Assembly (NCBI GenBank): GCA_963665115.1
Contig: OY762007.1
Span: forward strand, 3,680,001 to 3,744,000
Length of the DNA: 64,000 nucleotides
Source: an uncultured Rivularia sp.
GTDB lineage: Bacteria > Cyanobacteriota > Cyanobacteriia > Cyanobacteriales > Nostocaceae
Direction: 5' to 3'
Under the pieces are notes generated by a model. That model ran no database searches, had not been told where the DNA came from, and saw only the letters and a list, made by a program, of their open reading frames with translations. The first letter of the stretch is position 1, and the number at the start of each line of letters is the position of its first letter. Below are positions 11,264-22,518 of the stretch, in pieces. A program made the translations under genes and the position numbers.

Positions 11264-11952
11264 TTAAACTTTTAAACAATATTCCGTACATCCCCAATGC
11301 TGATTGTTGAGATTTCGAGAACCTTGCCATCCTAAAAGTCTTAATTCCTTAGCAATAAAGGTGTTTATTCCCCCATGAGCAATTAAAACAACAGAACCAT
11401 TATTGTGATATTCCTGTATTAAGCTGATGTGTAGCTAAATTATATAATGCGTTAGCGCAGCGTGTCCGAAGGACATAAAAGTGAAAGTATTGTAGTGCGA
11501 GCATCTTGCTCGCTAATATTATACAAATTAAGTGCGTAACAGCTTAGTAACTTTGCTGCTTGTTTGGCTCTCTGTCTGGTAGCAACTGGTGACTCAGCAA
11601 TGGGAGAAATTCTTAATTCCCATAGTAAGCGAGAAATAATTACCCAACCCAAAGCTGATAGTTTGATAGTTGTAGAAAAATTTCGCCAACAGTTTATTTC
11701 TCGGAAAATTGAATTACTTATTGGTTGAATTTGAGGCTGAAGAATTCTAGCTGAATCAATTGTACGATTTAAGTTACTGGTAAAAATTACGTTAGCTTTT
11801 TGTATGACTGTAATAAGATTTTCTGGTGGTACCGAATCGCTTGCTATCCCCGCAGCATCATAGCGCTTTAAAAACTCTAAGAATTGATTGCCGTTAAGCT
11901 TCTCCTGTAGAGAAACTGTTGGTTTTCCATGTCGTATAAGGTAGATGGTCAT
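11264..11952 (-). pseudogene. Histidine phosphatase family gene interrupted by a 123-bp insertion
   Basis: RHG motif at the N-terminus. The C-terminal part LIQEYHNNGSVVLIAHGGINTFIAKELRLLGW...HWGCTEYCLKV* resumes in frame after removing 11422-11544 plus one TA (188 codons in total). Confidence 0.85.
11420..11546. mobile_element. MITE-like element with imperfect terminal inverted repeats and TA target duplication
   Basis: TA|AGCTGATGTGTAGCTAAATTATATAAT ... ATTATACAAATTAAGTGCGTAACAGCT|TA; it interrupts a reading frame. Confidence 0.8.
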
Positions 11953-12051
11953 TTTTTATAGTTTACAAAATATTCCTATAGACTGATTTGCTTTGTCTAT
12001 AGTTATTATCGCGTTAACCTAATATTGAAAGCTCACCGAATTAAGGGAAAT

Positions 12052-13779
12052 ATGGCAGCAGAAGGACATAGCTTAATTTTGGATTTTACCAAAGTTTTGG
12101 GGGCATCGGCGCTGGGTGGATATATCGCTAATAAGCTCAAACAACCTGTTTTACTCGGCTATCTCGCTAGCGGATTGATTGTAGGTCCTTTCGGCTTAAA
12201 GTTATTGAATGATGCAGATTTAATTAAATCTTTGGCTGAGTTTGGAGTTGCTTTTCTGCTCTTTGCTTTGGGTGTAGAATTCTCATTAACCGAACTCAAA
12301 CGAGTCAAAGATATTGCTCTAAAGGGTAGTTTACTGCAAATTGGATTAACTACTACCCTCGTCACTCTAATTACAGTTATTTTTGGTTTGGCTTCGGGTT
12401 TTCCAGAAGGAATATTTTTAGGTGTAGTTTTTTCTCTTTCTTCTACAGCAGTAGTACTAAAAACACTCACCGACAAAGGAGAAACTTATACACTCCACGG
12501 TCAAATTATGTTGTCGATTTTAATCGTTCAAGATTTGGCTTTGGGTGTAATGTTAGCAATTTTGCCTGCGTTAAAACAACCAGAAAATATTGCTCCGGCT
12601 TTATTTTTGGCTTTAGTAAAAGTTGTTGGATTCGCGGCGATCGCCTTTATTTTAAGTCGTTATTTTGTCCAGCGTTTGATTCGTAGTATTGCCGAAACTG
12701 AAAGTGAAGAATTATTCTTATTAACGATAATAGCTTTATGTTTGGGAGTTGCTTTATTCACAGCTGCTCTGGGTCTTTCTATTGAAATGGGAGCGTTTGT
12801 AGCGGGGTTAATGATTTCGGAAATTGATTATGCAGACCATGCTTTAGCTAAAGTTTTACCGTTACGCGATACCTTTGCCAGTCTTTTCTTCGCTTCTATC
12901 GGAATGTTAATTGACCCAAATATTTTAATTAATAACTTTGGGTCAATTTTGGGATTGGTAACTTTAGTAATGATAGGTAAAGCAGCCATTATATTTCCGA
13001 TTGTACTAAAATTTGGTTACTCTGTAAAAACAGCAGTAATTACGGCTCTTGGTATCAATCAAATAGGTGAGTTTTCTTTTGTACTTGAATTAACTGGTTT
13101 AGCTTTAGGTTTAATTTCTGAAGATACTTATCTATTACTCTTAGGTACCACCGCAATCACTTTAATTGTTACTCCAATTTTATTAGAAAGAGCGCCCAAA
13201 ATAGCCAATCTTCTCACAAAAACGGCATTTTTTAGAAAATATCTTCAGCGATTTGAAAAACCAAAAAGCCTATCAATACCAGAAACCATCAATTCTCACG
13301 TAGTTGTAGGGGGTTACGGAAGAGTAGGACAAGTTCTAGTTAAAATTTTGCAAAGTCAAGGTTATCCAGTCATCGTTATGGATAACAGCGAAGCCGCAAT
13401 TCAAAGACTCAGAAGCAAAAATATACCTTATCTATTCGGCGATGCAGATTCCGAATTAGTTTTAGAAAAAGCCCATTTAGAAAAAGCCAAAGCCTTAGCA
13501 ATAGCCTTACCCGATCCAGCAAGCACAAGATTACTATTAGAGCGAGCTTTGTCAATAGCTCCCAAGTTAGATATTATAGTGCGATCGCACTCCGATAAAG
13601 AAATAGATGTTCTTACTCAAATGGGTGCAAAGGAAGTTGTGCAGCCAGAATTTGAAGCAGCATTAGAATTAGGAACTCATCTACTCAAAACTTTAGGCGA
13701 GCAAGAGCAGCAAATTCGCACCGTTATCAGCGATATTCGTATTGATAAATATATCAGTATTAGACCAGATAAGTTATGA
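12052..13779 (+). CDS. CPA2 cation:proton antiporter with C-terminal TrkA-N/RCK domain (Kef-type)
   Basis: SLSSTAVVLK, ILIVQDL, QIGEFSFVL, GYGRVG and FGDA motifs. Confidence 0.92.
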   Translation: MAAEGHSLILDFTKVLGASALGGYIANKLKQPVLLGYLASGLIVGPFGLKLLNDADLIKSLAEFGVAFLLFALGVEFSLTELKRVKDIALKGSLLQIGLTTTLVTLITVIFGLASGFPEGIFLGVVFSLSSTAVVLKTLTDKGETYTLHGQIMLSILIVQDLALGVMLAILPALKQPENIAPALFLALVKVVGFAAIAFILSRYFVQRLIRSIAETESEELFLLTIIALCLGVALFTAALGLSIEMGAFVAGLMISEIDYADHALAKVLPLRDTFASLFFASIGMLIDPNILINNFGSILGLVTLVMIGKAAIIFPIVLKFGYSVKTAVITALGINQIGEFSFVLELTGLALGLISEDTYLLLLGTTAITLIVTPILLERAPKIANLLTKTAFFRKYLQRFEKPKSLSIPETINSHVVVGGYGRVGQVLVKILQSQGYPVIVMDNSEAAIQRLRSKNIPYLFGDADSELVLEKAHLEKAKALAIALPDPASTRLLLERALSIAPKLDIIVRSHSDKEIDVLTQMGAKEVVQPEFEAALELGTHLLKTLGEQEQQIRTVISDIRIDKYISIRPDKL

Positions 13780-13870
13780 AGGAGAGGGGGGATGGGGAGA
13801 TTGAGGGACAAGGAGACAAGGGGAGGGGGAGAGGGGGTAGAGGGGGTAGAGGGGGTAGAATTTTTATTAT

Positions 13871-14002
13871 TAAGTACTTAGGCAAAATTAACTGTGTATT
13901 TGTCATTGCGAGTGGAACGAAGTGAAACGAAGCAATCGCAGCACTTTGCGATTACTTCGCTGTCGCTCGTAATGACACAAATAATTTTGCACACCCACTT
14001 AT
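13871..14002. mobile_element. MITE-like element carrying a TGTCATTGCGAG...CTCGTAATGACA hairpin
   Basis: Imperfect termini TAAGTACTTAGGCAAAATTA / TAATTTTGCACACCCACTTA; flanked by STRR tracts. Confidence 0.6.
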
Positions 14003-14120
14003 TAACTCCTAATTCTTTACTCACTACTTACTACTTACTACTCCTAACTCCTAACTCTCTCCGCTCCCTTACTTGAAAAACGATAAAATAATAACCAAGT
14101 CTTAAAAACAGGCGATTTTT

Positions 14121-14913
14121 ATGGCAACCCAAATTGATAAACCCAAATCTTCAACTGAACTGGTAATAACTTGGGAAGCTTTACCCGAAGATTTTCAGCT
14201 TGAGGATGAACCAGTGGAAAATACTGGACAACCGCTTTTGGCGGGTGCATTACGGGAAAGTTTAGAAATATTTGGGTTTATTCAACCCGAAATGTTGATT
14301 GCTTCAAATTTTGGACTTTGTGCGACAATCAACGGGCAATTTATCGCTAAAGCACCAGATTGGGTTTACGTTCCCTCAGTAAAATCGATTTTAGCAACCC
14401 GTAGAAGTTATACACCATTATTAGAAGGCGATATTCCTGCGGTGGTGATGGAATTTTTATCGGAAACTCAAGGTGAAGAATATTCCGTGAAGCGAAGTTA
14501 TCCACCAGGAAAATGGTTTTTTTACGAACAAATTTTAAAAGTACCCGTTTATATTATTTTTGACCCAAATGGGGGTTTGCTGGAATTTTATCAACTGGAA
14601 AACGGACGATACGAATTGCAACAGCCAAACCCAGATGGCCGTCATTTTATAACTGCGATAAACTTATTTTTAGGAACTTGGCAAGGTACAAAAGAAGCAA
14701 GAACCGGATATTGGTTGCGCTGGTGGGATGAAGCGGATAATCTGTTACCTTGGGCAGTCGAAATAATTGAACAAGAACGCCAACGCGCCGAACAGGAACA
14801 TCAACGCGCCGAACAAGAACATCAACGCGCCGAACAAGAAACGTCAGCAGAAAGAAAAGTTGGTTGCTTATTTATTGTCTCAAGGTATTGACCCAAATAA
14901 TTTACCTGATTGA
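14121..14913 (+). CDS. Uma2 family (DUF820) putative endonuclease, +1 frameshift in C-tail
   Basis: APDW, VMEFLS, YEQILKVPVYIIFDP and WLRWWD motifs with EQExQRA repeats. Removing one A at 14839-14841 gives EQERQQKEKLVAYLLSQGIDPNNLPD*. Confidence 0.9.
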
Positions 14914-14919
14914 TTCAGT

Positions 14920-15766
14920 TGTATTTTATGTAAATTATTCGTAGTGGGAGCGTCTCGCTCCCTGTTGGAAGCTAGCGAGCTTTCCGGCTCGCACTCCCCC
15001 CAACTCCGCAAAATTTATGTGTTCAAGTACTACTAATACATTTCATTAATTCCGATGGGATGTAGAGACGTAGCAGTGCTACGTCTCCCGACGTTAGGTC
15101 GAAAACGTACCCCTCAGAATTTATGCAAAGGACACTAGTAGTCCTTTTCATTTGTTCTGACGGGTAAAGATGGGGAGGGGGAAGAGGGGGAAGAGAGGGT
15201 AGAGGGGGTAGAATAATCTTTTATTTTTTCTATACACCCATCAGAATTAATGCAAAGGACTACTAGTAGTCCTTTTCATTAGTTCCGATGGGTTGTAGAG
15301 ACGTTATACATAACGTCTCCCGAAGGTTACGGGAAAAACGAACCATTCAGAATTTATGCAATCAACCACTACTACTTCACCACATTAATTCTGAGGGGTA
15401 CGTAGTTGCGCTTCAGCGCCTCATATTCCGGTATCCGGAGGCGCTGAAGCGCAACTACGAACAATTATTAACCCCGCAAAATTAATGTGGTGGAATACTA
15501 CTTCACCACATTAATTGTGCGGGGTAACATCAAATTTATTCATACTCGAATTAATTCTCTCTTCCCTCTTCCTCTGGGTACTCTGCGTACTCTGCGGTTT
15601 TTTTTAATCCGTTCATAACCCCGCAGAATTATCGTGGCGAAGTACTAATACTTTGTCAGATTAAATCTAATTGGTTTGCACTAAAGACTTTATTCCTTAG
15701 ATGAAGCGATAAATCACTTACTACTAACCATTAAAAATACAAAATGAAATATAAGAGAACACACTA
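14920..15766. mobile_element. Tandem stack of 6-7 inverted-repeat-bounded mini-elements joined at TA dinucleotides
   Basis: Junctions at about 15034, 15136, 15264, 15370, 15499 and 15646. Units start TAGTAGTCCTTTTCATTA.TTCYGAYGGG or TACTTCACCACATTAATT..G.GGGGT and end with the approximate reverse complement. Confidence 0.75.
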
Positions 15767-15933
15767 TTTGATAGAAACACCCAGGAACTAAAATTGTTTT
15801 CTCTAGAATTAAACGAAGAGGATTAATATCCAATAAAAATTAATTTTAGTTTGTAGATGACAAGCACTTAAGATTCACCAGTACGGTGTCTAAATGAAAA
15901 ATTAGATAAAAAGCACTACTGACATTGAACAAA

Positions 15934-16911
15934 TTAACTAGCCACTTTAACTAACGGCCTAGATGCTAACCACATATTAGCAACATCATATTTTACTAAG
16001 ACGGTTTCATGCTTGGCATTGCAAGACGCTTTGAGTGTCTTTGTCTTGCTATTATTTTTTATCAGTATAGCTTGGTAACTATAAACCGAACCGTTAGGTT
16101 TTTCTAAAGTTAACTCTGCTAATACATTACTCTTATCCGAACTTTCCTCAACAATTCTACCTGCTGCTTTAAAATTAAACCAATCCCATCCGTAGCGCAG
16201 TATTAATTCTCTTTCTACAATCTGAATCGATCTTGGTAAAATTCCCCAACCTCGATAAATATCTTTGAAACGCTTAATATCACCAGTATGAGTCAATATT
16301 GACTTAAATGATTCTTGGTCAAGATTGCCGTAGTATCTTCCTTGAGGCAAGTCTATCATTGTCGGTGCAAATCGATGTCCGCCAAAGTGACTGGATCTCC
16401 AGACACGTACATTATCCAAACCCAAACTTGAAATAGTATTACTAGCGTGAAAATAAAACGGATTTCCGTATCTCGCACAGCATTGATCGTGACTGCCATG
16501 AGTGCAAATTAATATATCTCTTTTGCTAGTTGCATCTATTTCATACTTGAGATTTTTTGCCCATAACCATTTTTTGATAGTCGGTGCTGCTTGTTCGATA
16601 CTTTTTAGCTTAAATTCTCTCTTGGAATACCCTTTACCTCCTCCTTCTTCTTGGTGATAAATCAAAAGAGTTGTTGAGTCTACTTTGTGCGAAAAATCGT
16701 TAGCAATTAATTGAAATCTAATCGGTAATTTCGCAAGCTTGGCTTCTTTCACTAACAATCGCAAATTGTCCGGAACCCATCTGGAATTGAAAGCATCCGA
16801 ATTCCAGGGAGGAGGACATTCTATCAAAACATAAGTTTGATTATTAGTCGCAGTACCAATGATATCTTCTGCTACTGCTCGTGAATTATCGGAACAAAAA
16901 TTTTTTTTCAT
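15934..16911 (-). CDS. Sucrase/ferredoxin-like (thioredoxin-fold 2Fe-2S) family protein
   Basis: ILICTHGSHDQCCARYG, WRSSHFGGHRFAPT and YRGW motifs. Confidence 0.9.
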   Translation of the reverse strand: MKKNFCSDNSRAVAEDIIGTATNNQTYVLIECPPPWNSDAFNSRWVPDNLRLLVKEAKLAKLPIRFQLIANDFSHKVDSTTLLIYHQEEGGGKGYSKREFKLKSIEQAAPTIKKWLWAKNLKYEIDATSKRDILICTHGSHDQCCARYGNPFYFHASNTISSLGLDNVRVWRSSHFGGHRFAPTMIDLPQGRYYGNLDQESFKSILTHTGDIKRFKDIYRGWGILPRSIQIVERELILRYGWDWFNFKAAGRIVEESSDKSNVLAELTLEKPNGSVYSYQAILIKNNSKTKTLKASCNAKHETVLVKYDVANMWLASRPLVKVAS

Positions 16912-17554
16912 CTAACTTACATGGGTAGTGTCTTTTTGCAAAAAGAATATTACGCATACAGATAGTTAAATCTACTATCAATTTCCCTAAGAATCCTGAT
17001 TACTACAAACATTTCTCAATCATAATTCCGTTGCAATACTTCTGGCTGAAGACAGAAAACACTTATTTAGCAACAAAATTTATTCAATTTTCAAAGCCTG
17101 ATAAACTTTTTATAACACTTTCCTTATTAAAAGTCTCTGACGCAAAAAAAAATGTTACTAATGGCTTAATTAGTTATACAAAATTAAGTTTTTACCTCTA
17201 AGGATAGTTATTAAAGCAGTAGTCTTATGTATTTGTTCCACGTTTATAGTTTGAGATTTAGGGTTTTTACTTAGAATTATGCTAATTATCTCAGGATTAT
17301 ATATCTGATATTTTATTCAATTTATACATATTACTATAGCTAGACAGAATTTATCTATACGCCTAATACTTAAGTACGCAAGCAAATTTTGAACAATATT
17401 ACTATCCAAACTCAAAGCATATGTAAATTGTTTATTACAACAGGAGTTAAAAAAGCTACTTAAGCTTTTACTTAATTTCCACATTTCTTATAATCCAGAT
17501 AATTTTGAACGGTTTTACGAGTCATACCCTTACTATATCTAATTTATCCCTAAT

Positions 17555-17573
17555 ATTGCAAATTATTCTCAAT
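17555..17573. promoter_or_regulatory. Candidate Fur-type box
   Basis: ATTGCAAAT-T-ATTCTCAAT 9-1-9 inverted repeat (7/9 match) in the 1.3-kb intergenic region upstream of the ferredoxin-like gene. Confidence 0.4.
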
Positions 17574-18220
17574 AAAAATACAAAAAAAGATTGGGTTAAG
17601 AATTCCTCTCAGAAAATAAAATTGAGACGAGTCTGTTGAGCCTTTTAGGCATTAATCTCAATTAGAAAACTTTACACAAAATCTTAAGTTGGATAAACAT
17701 CAAGAGTTTCCCATGAATACTTTTGCGATTATCACTTAAGCTTATGAGTTCCCATATTTTCCTGAGTGGGAGTTAAACTTTACATCAAAATTTAACCAAT
17801 GTGTATATAAACTGCAAGTATTTAATAATTTCTATAGCTTTGATCTATATACAGCGTACTTTGATCCGAATATGGATACAAGCAAGTTTCCGAAAATACA
17901 CTTAAACTAAATGACTATAGTATAAGCTTTTAAATAATCTTAAATGCTTATTTAACTGGGATATTACCATCTGTTTAACTTTTATTAAATATATTAAGAC
18001 TAAAACTAGATTACACCAAAACACCGCAATCCTTTGTTCTATGTAGATAGAGAATATTTATTTTATATATAATCAAGTTGGTTGCCGTTGAGAATCGCAA
18101 TCATGATTTTAGAGTCCGTAGTAGGTCGCTTTGCTGTATAAATAAGGATCTGAAGGCTATTTACACTTTGTTACATAGCTGCATTCGTTTCTGCTGAATT
18201 ACTTATATAAGCTTGCTCTT

Positions 18221-18883
18221 TCATTGAATATTTAATTGAGAATTAAGAAACGTCCATAACTGCAAATCTGCAAAATCGGAAATAGCCATAAAAGCACCAA
18301 ATTCTTTTAAAGCTTGTGGAGTTTGAGTGGAAGCCATACCGAAAGTGCGGATACCTGCGGTGAAAGCGGAACGAATTCCGGAAGCAGAGTCTTCTATGGC
18401 TATAGCTTGTTGAGCATCTACTCCTAATTTTTCTAAAGCGACTTTATAAGGTGTGGGGTCTGGTTTCGCTGCTGCCTCTTCTCCTGCTAAAATTATGATG
18501 TCGAAAACTTCTTTTAGTTGCAAAGCTTCCAGCATAAAATAGGCATTAAGTCTCGGAGCATTGGTAACTAAAGCGCATTTGAGGTGATGCTTTTTACTCC
18601 ATGCTAATAATTGTGCAAATCCATTTATAGGTTCGAGTGACAGAGCTTGAGTACGGAATCTCGCTTCTTTTTCTTCTGCAAATTGTTCCGTTTCTTCTGT
18701 CGATAGATGCGGCAATAAGTCTTGAATAATATCTGGATTTAACCTACCGCTAATATTAGATTTATATATTTCTTGATTAATTTCTACGTTGTATTCGAGT
18801 AGCATCTTTTGCCAAACTCGGTAATGTATTGGATCGGTGTTAACAATTGTTCCATCTAAATCGAATAATATTGCAGCCAACAT
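18221..18883 (-). CDS. HAD-superfamily phosphatase (beta-PGM/CbbY-like)
   Basis: FDLDGT, VTNA, KPDP and IEDS motifs. Confidence 0.92.
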   Translation of the reverse strand: MLAAILFDLDGTIVNTDPIHYRVWQKMLLEYNVEINQEIYKSNISGRLNPDIIQDLLPHLSTEETEQFAEEKEARFRTQALSLEPINGFAQLLAWSKKHHLKCALVTNAPRLNAYFMLEALQLKEVFDIIILAGEEAAAKPDPTPYKVALEKLGVDAQQAIAIEDSASGIRSAFTAGIRTFGMASTQTPQALKEFGAFMAISDFADLQLWTFLNSQLNIQ

Positions 18884-19208
18884 AATTTGATCTCGCTAAC
18901 TGTAAATAAATATAAAGTTTAATAAAATAGCTTACATTATTTTGTGCTTTTCCGTAACAATCGCTGCATTAAAGCCTAGAAAAAACTATAATCAAATCTT
19001 ATAAAATCTGACAACCTATGGTAACTAGCGCGTGTAGGTGTAGAATAAATAATCTATACCTACCCGTTTACTTAAGGAACAATATTGAAAAAGAATAGGC
19101 AATAATGTTGTACATTTGGCATAATGTCTCTTGTATAATGGGTATCACGAACTTTTTAACAAGACGTTTAACATAAAAAGTAATAAAGAATCAATTTTTT
19201 GTTCTCAA

Positions 19209-19991
19209 ATGTCAAACGGTAAAAAAGATTTTCGCGTTGATAGCTTAGAAGTTCAGATTTACAATTCAGAAGCTGAACTTGCTTTATCAACAGCAACTAT
19301 TGTTCAACAAGATTTACAGCAGATTCTTAAAACTCAGCAAACCGCTACAGTATTGTTTGCAACGGGTAATTCTCAACTCAAATTTTTAGATGCTTTAGTT
19401 AAATTAGATAATATTGATTGGTCGCGAGTGATATGCTTTCATCTAGATGAATATTTGGGTATATCCGCAAATCATCCTTCAAGCTTCCGATATTATCTAA
19501 GAGAACGTATAGAAAAGCCTATTTCACCACAGAAATTTCATTATTTAGAAGGTGATGCATTGCAACCTTTGCAAGAGTGCGATCGCTATTCTAAATTACT
19601 TGCAGCACAAGAGATTGACTTGTGTATGTTGGGAATAGGAGCAAATGGACATTTAGCTTTCAACGAGCCAGCTGTTGCAGATTTTAACGATGCCTACAAG
19701 GTAAAATTAGTAAAATTAGATTCAGTCAACCATCAGCAGCAAGTAACCCAAGGGCATTTTCCCAACTTAGAAAGCGTACCCAAATATGCTTTTACCCTCA
19801 CCATACCAATGATTTGTAGCGCAAAAAAAATAATTTGTCTCGCACCCGGAAAAAGTAAAGCTGAAATAGTCAAACAATTATTAGAAGGGGATATTACCGA
19901 AGAATTCCCAGCATCAATTCTCCGCAAACAACCACAAGCAAATCTATTATTAGATGCAGATGCTGCGGAACAATTAACAATTAACAGTTAA
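19209..19991 (+). CDS. Glucosamine-6-phosphate deaminase family protein (NagB-like)
   Basis: ATGNSQ, FHLDEY, LGIGANGHLAFNEP and FPASIL motifs; likely start at the ATG at 19209. Confidence 0.88.
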   Translation: MSNGKKDFRVDSLEVQIYNSEAELALSTATIVQQDLQQILKTQQTATVLFATGNSQLKFLDALVKLDNIDWSRVICFHLDEYLGISANHPSSFRYYLRERIEKPISPQKFHYLEGDALQPLQECDRYSKLLAAQEIDLCMLGIGANGHLAFNEPAVADFNDAYKVKLVKLDSVNHQQQVTQGHFPNLESVPKYAFTLTIPMICSAKKIICLAPGKSKAEIVKQLLEGDITEEFPASILRKQPQANLLLDADAAEQLTINS

Positions 19992-20151
19992 CAATTATCA
20001 GTTATCAGTTATCAGATAATTATAATATCGCATCAATACTAAATTTTGAAGTTCGTAGTAAGGAATTTATTCCTTATCTGAAGCGATAAATCCTCTACTA
20101 CGAACCAATAACTATTAATTAAATTATTGATAATTGATAATTGATAATTGA

Positions 20152-20952
20152 TTAATATCCGCTTAAAATTCCTTTTCGTTTTGCTTCTTTTTCTGCAACT
20201 CGAAATAGAAATAAACCGATTGTAAAATAAATAATTCCGTTAATAAAAGCAATGACTAAAGTTATTAAATTTAAAGGTTCACCTCGTGCCATTAAGCTAC
20301 GTAATAATCCAGCACCGGGACTCATTGGGATTAAAAATGCGATAAATTTAGGTGTGCCAGTCCAAGTTTCTGTAGGGATAGTCAGTAAAAATAGTAATGG
20401 AAATAGAAGTAAAGGTAGTATTTGCTGTACGCGCTTTAAAAGTAAAGCTATAGAACCTATCATAAAAGCAAAGCCGTATGCTCCTAATAAGACTGAGATA
20501 AAAGGTAAAACTAATATTGGTGGAAAAGATAAATTGCTACCTGTAATTAATATGATGATAAAAAGAATAAGAATAATCTTGAATATTTCTAAAGTTAAAT
20601 AAGCTAAGGCTCGCATTAAAAATACTTTTACCGCACCGTAACGCGAGAGAAATAATTGTTCTAAAGTACCAGTTTGGGCTTCGCGTTGCAATCCTCCGGC
20701 AATATTTGCCATGACAAAGTTGACTAAAACCCAAAGTACGTAGCCAATAATAATAGAATCTAATCTATCTCCTAATTTAAAACTAGAACCCGCAATATAA
20801 CCAGCCCCTACGAAAAGTCCATAAAATACCGCACAGGTAAATATAATTTGTGATATAGATTCGATTGGATAGCGACGTAATTGTATCCAGCTACAACGAA
20901 GTTCAGCAAAAAATAATTCAAGCATAGTTATTGTAATCTCTTCTGTTCCCAA
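20152..20952 (-). CDS. ABC-2 type transporter permease
   Basis: 6 TM segments, REAQTGTLEQL motif, adjacent to an ABC ATPase. Confidence 0.85.
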   Translation of the reverse strand: MGTEEITITMLELFFAELRCSWIQLRRYPIESISQIIFTCAVFYGLFVGAGYIAGSSFKLGDRLDSIIIGYVLWVLVNFVMANIAGGLQREAQTGTLEQLFLSRYGAVKVFLMRALAYLTLEIFKIILILFIIILITGSNLSFPPILVLPFISVLLGAYGFAFMIGSIALLLKRVQQILPLLLFPLLFLLTIPTETWTGTPKFIAFLIPMSPGAGLLRSLMARGEPLNLITLVIAFINGIIYFTIGLFLFRVAEKEAKRKGILSGY

Positions 20953-20970
20953 TTCCCCATCCCCAATTCT

Positions 20971-21888
20971 CTATTTACCTTCTTTCACTAACTTCAAAAA
21001 TATCTGTGTTAAATCGGCTTCCGATTTTTCTACAACTTTCAACTGTAAAGGTTCAAGTATATGAAAGATTTTATATATAAATTCTGGACGACTCACATAA
21101 ATAGTTCTTCTTTCTTTAACCTCTACACCCATTTTTTCTAACTCTAGAATTCTAACTTCATCCAATATAGATTCCATTTCAATTTTATAAGTTTTACCAG
21201 AAAACTTACGAATCAATTCATCAGTTGGTAATTCAGTGATAATTTCACCCTTTTGAATAATTGCAATATTATCGGCAAGTTGTTCGGCAATATCGAGTTG
21301 GTGAGTTGTTAATAAAATCGCGCAACCAGATGCGGCAATTTCTCGCACCAAAACTTTTACATCTTCTGTTGCTTCAACATCAAGCCCTAAAGTAGGTTCA
21401 TCTAATAATAATATTTCCGGTTGGTGAACTAATGCAACTGCAAAAGCTAATTTCTGCTGCATTCCTCGCGAAAGTTGTTGTACTGCGGTACGGCGTTTGT
21501 GCTGCAATCCAAATCTTTCTAAAAGTGCAATTCCCGATTTACGCGCTTGACTGTATGTAAGTCCTTTTAATACTCCAAAATATTCTAAATTTTCTTGAGG
21601 AGTCAATCGCCAATATACATTGCGATTTCCTTCTAAAACAGCACCAAGTTTTTCTAAGGCATTAGGGTTTTTGTGAGGATTGATTCCCGATATTTTTGTC
21701 CAACCGAGATCGGGTTTAATTAATCCTGCCATCATTTTGATGCTTGTAGTTTTACCCGCACCATTAGGACCTAAAAAAGCCATTACTTCCCCAGATGCAA
21801 TATTTAAAGAAACGTTTTTTACCGCTTCTACTATTTGATTATTAAATCGGTAGTTTTTTTTGAGGTTATAGGCTTCGAGAGCAATCAT
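20971..21888 (-). CDS. ABC transporter ATP-binding protein
   Basis: GPNGAGKT, LSRGMQQ, LLLDEPT and TTH motifs. Confidence 0.95.
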   Translation of the reverse strand: MIALEAYNLKKNYRFNNQIVEAVKNVSLNIASGEVMAFLGPNGAGKTTSIKMMAGLIKPDLGWTKISGINPHKNPNALEKLGAVLEGNRNVYWRLTPQENLEYFGVLKGLTYSQARKSGIALLERFGLQHKRRTAVQQLSRGMQQKLAFAVALVHQPEILLLDEPTLGLDVEATEDVKVLVREIAASGCAILLTTHQLDIAEQLADNIAIIQKGEIITELPTDELIRKFSGKTYKIEMESILDEVRILELEKMGVEVKERRTIYVSRPEFIYKIFHILEPLQLKVVEKSEADLTQIFLKLVKEGK

Positions 21889-22518
21889 ATAAGTCTACAA
21901 GGAGTAGGGAATAGGGAACGGGGAAAAGTTATAACAAGTAAATCAGGAAAACTGCAATTATACTTTGGAACTACGAGAATAAACCCAGTAGCACAATATA
22001 AGCAGCATAGCTGAACGCAAGCTGCTGAAAAGTCTGCATCTTTAATTGATTCAACAGCATCATCTACTGAAAATTAAATTCGATAAATATCTATTTATTC
22101 TGTTTCAACTCCATTCCAATTTTCAGCTTGTTACTTCACAAATCTTGCTACCAGTTCGTTTATTGTACCCCGACGAGTAGTACCAAGGATAACCGGGATA
22201 AATATATTACTTCTATTTACTGTAGTTATTAACGAACATAAAAAAAATATACTTAAATCAATTAAATAGAAATATTTGTTGATTTATTTTCATGTTTAAA
22301 TATCCGTTTTACTGCAATCATAAATATAATTACTTGCTCGATATTTTTTTCATTGGTATAAAAGATTAAGAGGTTAATGACCTCAAGATAAGTGCAAGTA
22401 AATTTTTTTTAACTTTCGACTCGCTTTTATACCCAATCTGTTTTATATTTTGATTTTTAAGACTGAAGATATAGTTTGCTCAACTACCCACCGTAAATTA
22501 TCTATAGGTTAGTACAAC

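Noticed and set aside
14920..15766. CRISPR array
   Set aside because: The repeats are degenerate junctions of inverted termini, the unit length is 100-150 bp, the 'spacers' are themselves genomic repeats, and there are no cas genes in the window.
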